Positions 9,178 through 19,228 of a DNA stretch of 64,000 nt are shown here, piece after piece (position 1 is the stretch's first letter; every line of letters begins with the position of its first letter). Below the pieces are notes generated by a model. The model was not told where the DNA came from and searched no databases. It saw only the letters and a list, made by a program, of their open reading frames with translations. Source of the DNA: Porticoccaceae bacterium (lineage in GTDB: Bacteria; Pseudomonadota; Gammaproteobacteria; Pseudomonadales; Porticoccaceae); the NCBI GenBank assembly GCA_017858135.1, contig JAFMBY010000001.1:18628-82627 (forward strand), given 5' to 3'. The translations under genes and the position numbers were made by a program.

Positions 9178-10911
9178 ATGAAAACAGCAACACGACTCTT
9201 CCTGACCAGCCTGATTCTAATTGCAGGCTGGACTTCTGCGGCACCCGAAAATGATTTTCTGGCGCGCGAAACCAACAACAACTTGACCTTAATCAGTGGC
9301 AGTGGCGAATTTGTTCCCGTCGATCAAGCCTATGCTGTAACCGTTGTCGTTGAGAGCGAGCAGTTGCTGTTCAACTGGACTATTCGCGACGGCTACTATC
9401 TATATCGCGATCGCTTTAAGTTTAAGTCTGTTGATACCAATGCAGTTCTCGCCAACCCTGAATTTGCTAGCGGCACAGTCAAATGGGATGACTATTTCGA
9501 GACAGAACTCGAAGTCTACTACCGACAAACCAGCGTCAAGGTGCCTTTCGCAACTGAATCAACCAGGTTGAGGCTAGAAATTGAATCACAGGGCTGCGCC
9601 GACGCCGGACTCTGCTACCCTCCCTACAAACAGTGGCTAGACGTAGACTTGCAAAGCGGTATTGTTGAGATCAGCAGTCAACCGCCGGCAATTTCTTCGC
9701 CATCAGAGGACGGTATTGCACCAGAAAATCTGCCCTTACACCTTATATTGCTGTTTGCCCTGGCTGGCGGAATGATTCTCAACCTGATGCCCTGCGTGTT
9801 TCCAATTCTGTCGATCAAGGTTTTAAGTTTCACCATGAATCATAAAACGAATCGCAGCAAGCATATCCACGGCCTCGCCTACACGTTCGGTGTTGTGCTG
9901 AGTTTTGTTGCTATCGCCATCGCCATGTTATCGCTGCGCGCGGCAGGCGAGAGTATTGGTTGGGGCTTTCAGCTTCAATCTCCGCTGTTTGTTATCTTTT
10001 TGGTCTATTTGTTTTTTGTTATGGGGCTGGGTCTCTCCGGTTACCTCGAAATCGGCAGCAATCTGATGTCTCTCGGGCAGAATTCTCAAAGGCCAGAAGG
10101 ACTGCGCTCCTCCTTTATGACCGGCGTGCTAGCAACCACGGTTGCCAGCCCCTGCACAGCACCCTTTATGGGTCCGGCTCTCGGCTTTGCCATTAGCCAG
10201 TCCACTTCGATCGCATTGCTGGTCTTCGCTTTTCTCGGCCTCGGCATGGCACTGCCATTTATTTTGCTCGCCTGGGTTCCTGGCCTGACCGACAGGCTCC
10301 CAAAACCAGGTCCGTGGATGGAAGCCTTTAAGCAATTTCTTGCCTTCCCAATCTACCTGTCAGCTGTCTGGTTGCTGTGGGTTGTCGGACGCCAGACCTC
10401 GATCGATGTAGCTGCCGCGGTGATTATCGGTTTGGTCTTGCTGGTTATGGGCTGTTGGATCTGGAGGTTGAACAAAAAACCGACAACTCGGCTGGCTGCC
10501 GCATTAGTCCTTGGCGGGTCTCTTGCCATACCTCTCGCAGCCATATCTGAGGCCGAAGCCGAGCCTGATTTTTTGACTTATTCACCAGAATTGCTCGCTG
10601 ACCTGCGCGCCGACAGCCAGCCAGTGTTTATCAATCTAACAGCGGACTGGTGTATCACCTGTCTGGTTAATGAGCGTGTCGCCCTGAGCTCAGACAATGT
10701 TGTGCAGTTAATGCGCAACAATAATATCACCTACCTCAAGGGCGACTGGACCAACAGTGACCCTCAGATCACCGAACTGCTGGGGCGCTTCAATCGCAGT
10801 GGTGTGCCACTCTACTTACTCTATCCTCACGGCCAAGGTGAAGTGCAGATTCTTCCGCAAATCCTGACAGAATCAATGGTGATTGAGGCTCTAAATAAGG
10901 CCGTTGATTGA
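9178..10911 (+). CDS. dsbD: Thiol:disulfide interchange protein DsbD family
   Basis: Start at ATG 9178 gives a signal peptide; QGCADAGLCYPP, LNLMPCVFP, ASPCTAPF, thioredoxin WCITC. Confidence 0.92.
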   Translation: MKTATRLFLTSLILIAGWTSAAPENDFLARETNNNLTLISGSGEFVPVDQAYAVTVVVESEQLLFNWTIRDGYYLYRDRFKFKSVDTNAVLANPEFASGTVKWDDYFETELEVYYRQTSVKVPFATESTRLRLEIESQGCADAGLCYPPYKQWLDVDLQSGIVEISSQPPAISSPSEDGIAPENLPLHLILLFALAGGMILNLMPCVFPILSIKVLSFTMNHKTNRSKHIHGLAYTFGVVLSFVAIAIAMLSLRAAGESIGWGFQLQSPLFVIFLVYLFFVMGLGLSGYLEIGSNLMSLGQNSQRPEGLRSSFMTGVLATTVASPCTAPFMGPALGFAISQSTSIALLVFAFLGLGMALPFILLAWVPGLTDRLPKPGPWMEAFKQFLAFPIYLSAVWLLWVVGRQTSIDVAAAVIIGLVLLVMGCWIWRLNKKPTTRLAAALVLGGSLAIPLAAISEAEAEPDFLTYSPELLADLRADSQPVFINLTADWCITCLVNERVALSSDNVVQLMRNNNITYLKGDWTNSDPQITELLGRFNRSGVPLYLLYPHGQGEVQILPQILTESMVIEALNKAVD

Positions 10912-10920
10912 GTTAACGTA

Positions 10921-11060
10921 TTTTAGCCTCAAATTTTGACCTTTTTCCGGAAATTATCGCTTTTTAGAGGATTTTGCCCTTTTTAGCGGCGAAAATTGCC
11001 CTAAAAACGGCTATCGTCGTCGTTTTAGCAAAAACATATACAAGAAAACCGCCCATCGTG
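10921..11060. promoter_or_regulatory. Helically phased A/T tracts (predicted bent DNA) upstream of aroQ-accBC
   Basis: T4-5/A4-5 runs start at about 10921, 10934, 10942, 10951, 10961, 10972, 10980, 10992, 11003 (about 10-bp period). Confidence 0.6.
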
Positions 11061-11186
11061 CAAAATATAGCGGCCAATTTCTGTAAATTTCGCCGAAAAT
11101 GTTATTTTTCTAAGTATTCATAGACAGCACTTTTCTTTTCGGGCAGACTTCTCAACCTGTTAACCGACTCCTTTTCGGGACATCTA

Positions 11187-11627
11187 ATGGCTTCACTGCT
11201 GGTACTTCACGGCCCAAACTTGAATTTGCTCGGATCCCGCGAGCCAGAAATTTATGGTGCGGAATCTCTCGAGCAAATTAACGCCTCTCTAATCAAGGAT
11301 GCAACCGCGGCCGGGCACAGCCTGTCGGCGCTGCAAAGCAATGCCGAATTCGAGCTTATTCAGCGAATTCACGATGCCAAAAAAGAACATGTCGCGTTCA
11401 TTATTTTTAATCCTGGCGCCTTTACACACACCAGTGTGGCGCTGCGCGATGCGCTGCTCGGTGTCGAAATACCGTTTGTCGAGGTGCACCTATCCAATGT
11501 GCATGCTCGAGAGGCCTTCCGCCACCATTCTTATTTTTCCGATATTGCTGAGGGCGTTATATGCGGCTTTGGCGCGCAAAGTTACCGACTGGCGCTGCAA
11601 GCGGCGCTTGGCAAGCTTGATCATTAA
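11187..11627 (+). CDS. aroQ: Type II 3-dehydroquinate dehydratase
   Basis: [39 protein letters not shown]. Confidence 0.97.
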   Translation: MASLLVLHGPNLNLLGSREPEIYGAESLEQINASLIKDATAAGHSLSALQSNAEFELIQRIHDAKKEHVAFIIFNPGAFTHTSVALRDALLGVEIPFVEVHLSNVHAREAFRHHSYFSDIAEGVICGFGAQSYRLALQAALGKLDH

Positions 11628-11647
11628 TCTTAGACCGAGAGAGATAC

Positions 11648-12100
11648 ATGGATATTCGCAAAGTAAAAAAGCTCATTGAGCTACTCGAAGAATCGAACAT
11701 CAATGAACTGGAAATTACCGAAGGTGAGGAATCCGTGCGCATCAGCCGCGGAGTGCCGGTTCAAGCTTATGCCGCACCAGCACCAGCTGCCCAGCCAGCC
11801 GCCGTCGCGGCGCCCGCCCCAGCAGCCTCTTCAGCCACTGTGGCCGCTGCTCCTGAGGAACCGGCGGGACATACCGTGCGATCACCGATGGTGGGCACCT
11901 TTTATGCCTCACCTGCACCAGATGCCAGCGTGTTTGTCGCGGTCGGCACGGCAGTGAAAGTGGGTGATGTATTGTGTATTGTCGAAGCAATGAAAATGAT
12001 GAACCAGATTGAAGCTGACAAAGCTGGCACCATTGGCGCCATTCTTGTCGAAGACGGCGAGCCTATCGAATACGATCAGCCACTGTTCACCATTGTTTAA
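11648..12100 (+). CDS. accB: Biotin carboxyl carrier protein
   Basis: [12 protein letters not shown], Ala/Pro linker, [15 protein letters not shown] biotinylation site. Confidence 0.98.
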   Translation: MDIRKVKKLIELLEESNINELEITEGEESVRISRGVPVQAYAAPAPAAQPAAVAAPAPAASSATVAAAPEEPAGHTVRSPMVGTFYASPAPDASVFVAVGTAVKVGDVLCIVEAMKMMNQIEADKAGTIGAILVEDGEPIEYDQPLFTIV

Positions 12101-12120
12101 TTGTAGCCAGGGATAAAATC

Positions 12121-13461
12121 ATGCTCGAAAAAGTGCTGATCGCAAATCGCGGTGAGATTGCCTTGCGTATTTTGCGCGCGTGCAAAGAATTAGGCATTAA
12201 GACTGTCGCCGTTCATTCCAAAGTGGACGCAGACCTAAAACATGTAAAGCTCGCCGATCAATCTATCTGCATCGGTCCGAATCCGTCGCAACAAAGCTAC
12301 TTGAATATTCCCGCTATTATCAGCGCCATGGAAGTCACCAACGCCACCGCTGTGCATCCAGGCTATGGCTTTTTGGCCGAAAATGCCGACTTTGCTGAGC
12401 AGGTAGAGAACAGTGGTTTTGTGTTTATCGGCCCCACCGCTGACGTTATCCGTATTATGGGTGACAAAGTGGCGGCCATTAAAGCAATGAAAGCGGCCGG
12501 CGTGCCCACCGTTCCAGGCTCTGATGGACCCTTGAATGACGACCCAGTAGCACTGCGTGCGATGGCGAAACAGATCGGCTATCCGGTCATTATCAAAGCT
12601 GCAGCGGGCGGGGGCGGGCGCGGAATGCGTATCGTCGAGAATGAAGAAAGCCTGGTTAACTCGGTAACGATCACTAAAACCGAGGCGCAGGCAGCGTTTG
12701 GTGATGGCACTGTCTATATGGAGAAATTTTTACAAAATCCCCGCCATGTGGAAGTCCAGGTACTGTCCGATGGTCAGGGACACGCGATTCATCTCGGTGA
12801 TCGAGACTGCTCACTCCAACGGCGGCACCAAAAAGTACTCGAAGAAGCCCCCGCACCAGGGATCCCTAGCGAGGCAAGGCAGGCAGTTTTTGACAGCTGC
12901 ACCAATGCCTGCATTGAAATAGGCTATCGCGGCGCAGGCACATTTGAGTTTCTCTATGAAGACGGCCATTTTTATTTTATCGAGATGAACACGCGTGTCC
13001 AGGTCGAGCATCCAGTGTCAGAGATGATTACTGGCATCGACATTGTTAAGGAGCAGTTGTTAATTGCCAGTGGGCACCCGCTGAGCTTTGCACAGGAGGA
13101 TGTTATCTTCCGCGGCCACTCGTTTGAATGCAGAATTAATGCCGAAGATCCTGTGACATTTCTGCCACAGCCAGGTACCATCACTTCGTATCACGCCCCT
13201 GGCGGTAACGGCGTGCGAGTCGATTCACATATCTACAACGGCTATCGCGTCCCACCTAATTATGATTCTCTGATCGGCAAGATTATTACCTATGGTCGTG
13301 ATAGAGAGTCGGCACTATCACGCATGCGCAATGCTCTAGACGAGATGATGATTGATGGTATTAAAACCAATATTGAGCTGCACCAAGATCTGGTTCGCGA
13401 CGCAGAATTCCAGAAAGGCGGCGTCAATATTCATTACCTTGAGAAGAAACTCGGACTGTAA
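12121..13461 (+). CDS. accC: Biotin carboxylase
   Basis: [38 protein letters not shown]. Confidence 0.98.
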   Translation: MLEKVLIANRGEIALRILRACKELGIKTVAVHSKVDADLKHVKLADQSICIGPNPSQQSYLNIPAIISAMEVTNATAVHPGYGFLAENADFAEQVENSGFVFIGPTADVIRIMGDKVAAIKAMKAAGVPTVPGSDGPLNDDPVALRAMAKQIGYPVIIKAAAGGGGRGMRIVENEESLVNSVTITKTEAQAAFGDGTVYMEKFLQNPRHVEVQVLSDGQGHAIHLGDRDCSLQRRHQKVLEEAPAPGIPSEARQAVFDSCTNACIEIGYRGAGTFEFLYEDGHFYFIEMNTRVQVEHPVSEMITGIDIVKEQLLIASGHPLSFAQEDVIFRGHSFECRINAEDPVTFLPQPGTITSYHAPGGNGVRVDSHIYNGYRVPPNYDSLIGKIITYGRDRESALSRMRNALDEMMIDGIKTNIELHQDLVRDAEFQKGGVNIHYLEKKLGL

Positions 13462-13499
13462 TTTGCAGTCCGTTTTCCTTCTCATCTAGACCACACCCG

Positions 13500-14381
13500 A
13501 TGCAATGGCTGCAACTGATTGTCGACAGCACTCGTGACGCGAGCAATGCTATTGAAGATGCACTGCTAGAATGCGGCGCAGCGTCTGTGACACTTGAAGA
13601 TGCCGCCGATCAACCTATCCTTGAACCTGGCGTCGGTGAGACGCCACTCTGGGACAATTGCAGCATAAAAGCCCTCTTCGCGGCCAACACTGACACCGCG
13701 CAAATCAGCCAACAACTCGACCAAATACTATCCAGTAAAATGCTGATGCGCTGGGAACAACTCGAAGATAAAGACTGGTCCCAAGAGTGGAAAAAGTACT
13801 TTTCGCCAGTCAGATGCGGTGAACGCTTGTGGATCTGCCCCAGCTGGATTGAACCCCCTGAAGCCGATGCGATTAACCTGAGCCTCGATCCCGGCCTCGC
13901 CTTTGGGACCGGCAGCCACCCGACCACCCATCTCTGTCTGCGCTGGCTAGACAGGCAAGATCTTACTGGGCACAGGGTAATTGATTACGGCTGCGGCTCC
14001 GGCATTCTGGGTATTGCCGCACTGCTGCTCGGTGCAGAGAAAGTCATTGCTGTCGACAACGATCCTCAGGCGCTGCTGGCCACTCGCGATAATGCCGAGC
14101 GCAACAATATCGCTGCCGAGCGGATCACGACTTACCTGCCTGAAGATGTCCCGCGAGATGCAGTCGGCGACACTATGCTGGCAAATATTCTCGCCGCGCC
14201 ATTAATTGACCTGGCCCCGACGTTAACTTCGCTGACTGCAAGTAACGGACTGTTATGCCTGTCTGGCCTGCTCGAACATCAAGTTGATGCCGTCTGCCAG
14301 CCCTATAAAACGGATTTTAATTTTGATCTGCCGGCAATCGAATCTGAATGGGCACAGCTGGGCGCACGTAAAAACGGTTAG
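13500..14381 (+). CDS. prmA: Ribosomal protein L11 methyltransferase
   Basis: LDPGLAFGTGSHPTT, VIDYGCGSGIL, ANILA. Confidence 0.96.
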   Translation: MQWLQLIVDSTRDASNAIEDALLECGAASVTLEDAADQPILEPGVGETPLWDNCSIKALFAANTDTAQISQQLDQILSSKMLMRWEQLEDKDWSQEWKKYFSPVRCGERLWICPSWIEPPEADAINLSLDPGLAFGTGSHPTTHLCLRWLDRQDLTGHRVIDYGCGSGILGIAALLLGAEKVIAVDNDPQALLATRDNAERNNIAAERITTYLPEDVPRDAVGDTMLANILAAPLIDLAPTLTSLTASNGLLCLSGLLEHQVDAVCQPYKTDFNFDLPAIESEWAQLGARKNG

Positions 14382-14658
14382 TCGCCTGCGGCCAACAATA
14401 ATCCTGAGCGTTGACAATTATAGCGAGGCATATGATCGCCAAGCGCCGCCTTTCACCCGATCAATATCTGGAGCAACAGGCGCAGCGCCTACCAGCAAAG
14501 CCTATTTAAACTACCAATGGCGGGTTGACCAGAATCGAATTCAGCCTCATTGGTCTGAATAAAAAATAACTGATTTTTAATTGATCACTTTTTAATCAGC
14601 TGGCCAAGGGGTATCATTGTCGCCCTTGCAACTGCAGACCATTCTCTTCGAGGTAAAT

Positions 14659-15648
14659 TTGTTCAGTATCGGGCCCTATCAGATTAAGCGAAAGACCGTG
14701 TTGGCACCTATGGCAGGTGTGACCGATTTGCCGTTTCGCCAACTCTGCAGAGAGATGGGCGCCGGTCTGGTTGTATCCGAGATGGTCGCCTCAGATCCAA
14801 GTACCTGGTCGAGCAGAAAATCCACATTGCGCACTCAATTCGCCGATGAACCAGCACCCAGATCAGTGCAAATCGCCGGTTATGATCCACTAATGATGGC
14901 CGAAGCCGCGCGCTACAATGTTCAATTGGGCGCTGAAATTATTGATATTAATATGGGTTGTCCGGCGAAAAAAGTGCTCAAAAAAGCTGCGGGATCGGCG
15001 CTACTGCAGCATCCAGATTTGGTTCATGACATCCTTAATGCGGTTGTCGAGAGTGTTGATGTACCAGTCACCTTAAAAATCCGCACCGGCTGGGATCGTC
15101 AGCATCGCAATGCACTGACTATTGCAAAAATAGCTGAAGATGCAGGCATTGCCGCTCTCGCCATACACGGTCGCACCCGCGCCTGTCGCTTTGTCAAAGA
15201 GGTGGAATACGACACCATTGCCGAGGTTGTCTCGGCGCTATCTATCCCAGTCATGGCCAACGGCGATATTACCTCACCAGAAAAAGCCCGTGCCGTTTTA
15301 GAGCACACTGGCGCCGCCGCCGTGATGATTGGCCGTGGTGCTCAGGGAAATCCGTGGATCTTCGATCAGATCAACCACTTCCTCGAACATGGCGAAGAAG
15401 CTGCCAAACCCTCTCTCGGTGAAATTGAGCGTGTCGTTTGCCGTCATCTACTCGCGCTGCAAAATTTTTATGGCGCCTATGCTGGAGTGAAAATTGCCCG
15501 CAAACATATCGGCTGGTATCTCAGTACAGTGCCAGGCGGACGAACATTTTCACGCCAATTTAACCGCATCGAAAATCACCTCGAGCAGCAACAAATGCTG
15601 CGACATTTTTTTCAACAACCAGACGTCTATCAGGAATTAGCGGCATGA
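14659..15648 (+). CDS. dusB: tRNA-dihydrouridine synthase B
   Basis: LAPMAGVTD, INMGCPAKKV, LKIRTGW, HGRTR; likely start TTG 14659 after GAGG SD; precedes fis. Confidence 0.95.
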   Translation: MFSIGPYQIKRKTVLAPMAGVTDLPFRQLCREMGAGLVVSEMVASDPSTWSSRKSTLRTQFADEPAPRSVQIAGYDPLMMAEAARYNVQLGAEIIDINMGCPAKKVLKKAAGSALLQHPDLVHDILNAVVESVDVPVTLKIRTGWDRQHRNALTIAKIAEDAGIAALAIHGRTRACRFVKEVEYDTIAEVVSALSIPVMANGDITSPEKARAVLEHTGAAAVMIGRGAQGNPWIFDQINHFLEHGEEAAKPSLGEIERVVCRHLLALQNFYGAYAGVKIARKHIGWYLSTVPGGRTFSRQFNRIENHLEQQQMLRHFFQQPDVYQELAA

Positions 15649-15932
15649 GTTCTATGCATAAAGTCACCCCGGCTGCGCAGCAAGAAGATAATGGTCACAA
15701 GCAGAGACAGTCTCTTCAGCAAAGTGTCACCGAGGCCATGCAGCGCTACTTTTCTGATCTCGACGGGCAGGCAACCCGAGACCTCTACGGCATCGTTATG
15801 GCCGAGGTCGAGCCACCATTGCTGAAAGCAGTGATGGCCTACACCAGACAAAATCAAAGTAGAGCTGCCGAGACACTCGGCCTGAATCGCGGGACACTGC
15901 GTAAAAAACTCAAACAGTACGACCTTCTGTAA
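15645..15932 (+). CDS. fis: DNA-binding protein Fis
   Basis: LYGIVMAEVEPPLL...NQSRAAETLGLNRGTLRKKLKQY. Confidence 0.97.
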   Translation: MSSMHKVTPAAQQEDNGHKQRQSLQQSVTEAMQRYFSDLDGQATRDLYGIVMAEVEPPLLKAVMAYTRQNQSRAAETLGLNRGTLRKKLKQYDLL

Positions 15933-15950
15933 TTTCTCACCGAGGACTCC

Positions 15951-17525
15951 ATGAGCGACCTGAAAAAAGTTTCACGCGCCTTAATCAGCGTTTCTGATAA
16001 AACTGGCATTGTCGACTTCGCCCGTGCACTGACGGCACAGGGTGTTGAAATACTCTCCACTGGTGGCACCTTTCGGTTGCTTAGAGAGAATGATATACCA
16101 GCAACCGAAGTATCGGATTACACCGGTTTTCCCGAGATGATGGATGGTCGTGTGAAAACGCTGCATCCTAAAGTACACGGCGGCATTCTTGGGCGTCGCG
16201 GCACTGATGATGACGTCATGCAGCAGCACGGTATAAAGCCAATTGATATGGTGGTGGTTAATCTCTACCCCTTCGCAGCGACAGTTTCCGACCCCAACTG
16301 CACCCTGCCAACCGCAATTGAGAACATTGATATCGGCGGTCCAACCATGGTTCGTTCGGCAGCAAAAAATCATAAGGATGTGGCAATAGTGGTTAATGCC
16401 AGTGATTATCAAACGGTGCTCGAGGAGATGGCTGCCAATCAAGGACAACTTGATTACAGCACCCGCTATCAGCTGATGGTCAAAGCCTTTGAGCACACTG
16501 CGGCCTATGACGGTATGATTGCCAACTACTTTGGCGCTCGCAATACCGACAATCAGGCGCGTGACTTTTCCGATACTTACAATGTGCAATACCATAAGGT
16601 TCAAGAGATGCGCTACGGTGAAAACCCTCACCAGAAAGCGGCCTTTTATGTAGAAGCTAACCCCTCTGAAGCCAGTGTTGCCACCGCCAAACAGCTACAG
16701 GGAAAAGAGTTATCCTTTAACAATATTGCCGACACAGATGCTGCTCTGGAATGCGTTAAGCAGTTTGATCAGCCTGCCTGTGTCATCGTCAAACACGCCA
16801 ATCCATGTGGCGTTGCCGTTGCCACTGATATTAATCTTGCCTATGCATTGGCCTTTGCTACAGACCCAGAATCTGCGTTCGGCGGCATCATTGCCTTTAA
16901 CCGTGAACTGGATGCTGCGACTGCCGACGCTATTTGCGAAAAGCAATTTGTCGAAGTGATTATTGCTCCCTCTGTGTCAGCCGAGGCCGTTGCCGTGATC
17001 ACTGCGAAAAAGAATGTGCGACTGCTCGAATGCGGAACCTGGGGTACCGAGCGACCACAGGACTTTGACTACAAACGTGTTAATGGCGGGCTGTTAATTC
17101 AGGAGCGCGACAACGGCATGGTTGCAGAGAAAGACCTTAAGGTCGTCAGTGATCGGGTACCCAGCAGCGATGAAATGGCTGACATGCTGTTCGCCTGGAA
17201 AGTCGCCAAAATGGTCAAGTCGAACGCCATTATTTATGCCAAAAACAACCGCACCATCGGTGTCGGCGCTGGTCAAATGAGCCGCATCAATTCGGCGCGC
17301 ATTGCCGGCATTAAAGCTGAGCACGCCGGGCTCGAAGTAAAGGGCGCAGTGATGGCCTCGGACGCGTTCTTCCCGTTCCGTGATGGTATTGATAACGCGG
17401 CACAGGCGGGCATAAGCTGCGTGATTCAGCCCGGCGGATCCATGCGTGATGATGAGGTCGTTGCCGCGGCCAATGAGCATGGCATGGCGATGGTCTTTAC
17501 TGGCATGCGTCACTTTAGGCATTAG
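15951..17525 (+). CDS. purH: Bifunctional AICAR transformylase/IMP cyclohydrolase
   Basis: [41 protein letters not shown]. Confidence 0.98.
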   Translation: MSDLKKVSRALISVSDKTGIVDFARALTAQGVEILSTGGTFRLLRENDIPATEVSDYTGFPEMMDGRVKTLHPKVHGGILGRRGTDDDVMQQHGIKPIDMVVVNLYPFAATVSDPNCTLPTAIENIDIGGPTMVRSAAKNHKDVAIVVNASDYQTVLEEMAANQGQLDYSTRYQLMVKAFEHTAAYDGMIANYFGARNTDNQARDFSDTYNVQYHKVQEMRYGENPHQKAAFYVEANPSEASVATAKQLQGKELSFNNIADTDAALECVKQFDQPACVIVKHANPCGVAVATDINLAYALAFATDPESAFGGIIAFNRELDAATADAICEKQFVEVIIAPSVSAEAVAVITAKKNVRLLECGTWGTERPQDFDYKRVNGGLLIQERDNGMVAEKDLKVVSDRVPSSDEMADMLFAWKVAKMVKSNAIIYAKNNRTIGVGAGQMSRINSARIAGIKAEHAGLEVKGAVMASDAFFPFRDGIDNAAQAGISCVIQPGGSMRDDEVVAAANEHGMAMVFTGMRHFRH

Positions 17526-17592
17526 CACGCGGGTTATTTTGTCTTCTGGCGGCGTTTAAAATGCCCTCAGAAGACAAAATTTCTGCCCGTGC
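17525..17592. repeat. Long imperfect palindrome between convergent purH and phrB (probable terminator)
   Basis: 13-bp perfect arms ATTTTGTCTTCTG (17536-17548) / CAGAAGACAAAAT (17568-17580), with outer GCACG/CGTGC pairing. Confidence 0.55.
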
Positions 17593-17642
17593 AAGCGCCT
17601 AACCAGTGGATAATTTTTCAGCCCGCAAGAGTATTTTTAACT

Positions 17643-19076
17643 CTAAAGCACATCATTTTTGGTCATTTTAAAGGCCGCCAGAGCTCTCTCTCGAGACTCT
17701 TTGATATCGATAATCGGCGCTGGATAGTCAGTGCCAATTTCCACTCCAGCCGCAGCAAGTATCTCCGCCGGCGCTAGCCAGGGCGCATGAATATACTTGG
17801 CTGGCATATTCGCCAACTCAGGTACAAAGCGACGAATATAGTCACCCTGCTTATCGAATTTTTCGCTCTGAGTAATCGGATTAAATATCCGAAAAAACGG
17901 CGCGGCATCGGCACCGCAACCGGCAATCCACTGCCAGCTTGCGCTATTGCTGGCGAGATCTGCATCCACCAGACAGTCCCAAAACCAGCGCTCGCCGCTG
18001 TGCCAGTGAATCAGTAGATTCTTCACCATAAATGAACCCACCACCATGCGCACACGGTTGTGCATATAGCCCGTATCCCAGAGTTCACGCATCCCGGCAT
18101 CGACTAACGGATAACCGGTTTTACCTTTTTGCCAGGCGCGAAGTTCGACGTCGGTATTTTCTGCCCAAGGGAACATATTAAACCGCTGCTGCAAGTTGTC
18201 AGTGGGCAATGTTGGAAAATGATAGAGCAGATAATATGAGAACTCACGCCAACCCAGCTCGCTCAAAAAGGTGTCCAGATTGGTTTCATTATCGATTAAT
18301 GCTGCCGCATCATTAGCAGCATACCAAGCTGTATTGACCGACATCTGGCCGAAGTGAAAATAGGGTGACAGCCGTGAGACATTCTTCTTATTGGGGAAAT
18401 TACGGCCCTCGCGATAATCTTGAATACCGTTGAAGACAAAATCATCTAAACGATCTTGGCCGCCCTGCTCACTAATATCCCAGTCCCCATGCATTTTTTT
18501 ATCCCAGTCGATAACTGGCAATAGGGATAAGTCTTCGACGGCAAAACTGCTGTCAGACTTGATCAACTGCATGGTTGTCGGCACAGCCAGTGGAGGCCTA
18601 GGAGCTGGCTTCTGCAAACAGCCTCTGCGGTAATAGGGGGTGAAAACCTTGTAGGGGGTGCCGTCTTTTTTTAGCACCTGCCAGGGTTCCCATAACAGCG
18701 AACCATTAAAGCTCTGCACATCGAGCCCTGCCTGTTTGAGGCTGCTCTTTATCTGTGCGTCGCGCTGGATACTTTGCGGCTCGTAACAGCGATTCCAATA
18801 AACCGCTTTCGCCGACATTGAAGCGCTAAGGTCCGAGAGAACCGTCAGCGCATCGCCGCTATAAATATTCAGCTTGCCGCCTAGGGTTTTATCCAGAGAC
18901 TGCAGCGCATGGTGCAACCACCAGCGACTGGCACCGCCTAGCGTCCAATCCTGATCGCTACTCTCATCAAGGATATAAACAGGAATGACCGCGCCAGCAT
19001 CACAGGCTGCTGTTAGAGCGGGATTGTCTGCAAGGCGAAGGTCCTGGCGAAACCAGAAAATGATCGGCTGTGTGAT
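17643..19076 (-). CDS. phrB: Deoxyribodipyrimidine photolyase (cryptochrome/photolyase family, class III-like C-terminus)
   Basis: Open frame extends 53 codons upstream of the track start to WFRQDLRLADNPAL; SRLSPYFHFG, GYMHNRVRM, WQWIAGCGADAAPFFRIFNP; start appears to be ATC at 19076 after AAGGA. Confidence 0.9.
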   Translation of the reverse strand: MTQPIIFWFRQDLRLADNPALTAACDAGAVIPVYILDESSDQDWTLGGASRWWLHHALQSLDKTLGGKLNIYSGDALTVLSDLSASMSAKAVYWNRCYEPQSIQRDAQIKSSLKQAGLDVQSFNGSLLWEPWQVLKKDGTPYKVFTPYYRRGCLQKPAPRPPLAVPTTMQLIKSDSSFAVEDLSLLPVIDWDKKMHGDWDISEQGGQDRLDDFVFNGIQDYREGRNFPNKKNVSRLSPYFHFGQMSVNTAWYAANDAAALIDNETNLDTFLSELGWREFSYYLLYHFPTLPTDNLQQRFNMFPWAENTDVELRAWQKGKTGYPLVDAGMRELWDTGYMHNRVRMVVGSFMVKNLLIHWHSGERWFWDCLVDADLASNSASWQWIAGCGADAAPFFRIFNPITQSEKFDKQGDYIRRFVPELANMPAKYIHAPWLAPAEILAAAGVEIGTDYPAPIIDIKESRERALAAFKMTKNDVL

Positions 19077-19185
19077 AGTGAGATCCTTTTATTTTAGTAT
19101 TTATCTACGGTTTTTAAGCGACGAGTGGATCCCCAAGCAGGGAATTAACACAGGTCTCTATTACAGCATATTTACTGGTTTACTC

Positions 19186-19201
19186 TGCTACAATCTGCGC
19201 C
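19186..19201 (+). promoter_or_regulatory. Extended -10 promoter for purD with GC-rich discriminator
   Basis: TGCTACAAT followed by CTGCGCC, about 35 nt before the purD ATG. Confidence 0.5.
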
Positions 19202-19228
19202 ATTATTTTTTCAAATTGGATGTAGGCA

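Noticed and set aside
15981-16631. 216-aa antisense ORF inside purH, and similar long shadow ORFs (26549-27205, 47598-48212, 57099-57638, 40881-41474)
   Set aside because: They lie on the opposite strand of well-conserved genes, have no recognisable motifs or SD, and are expected from codon-pattern symmetry.
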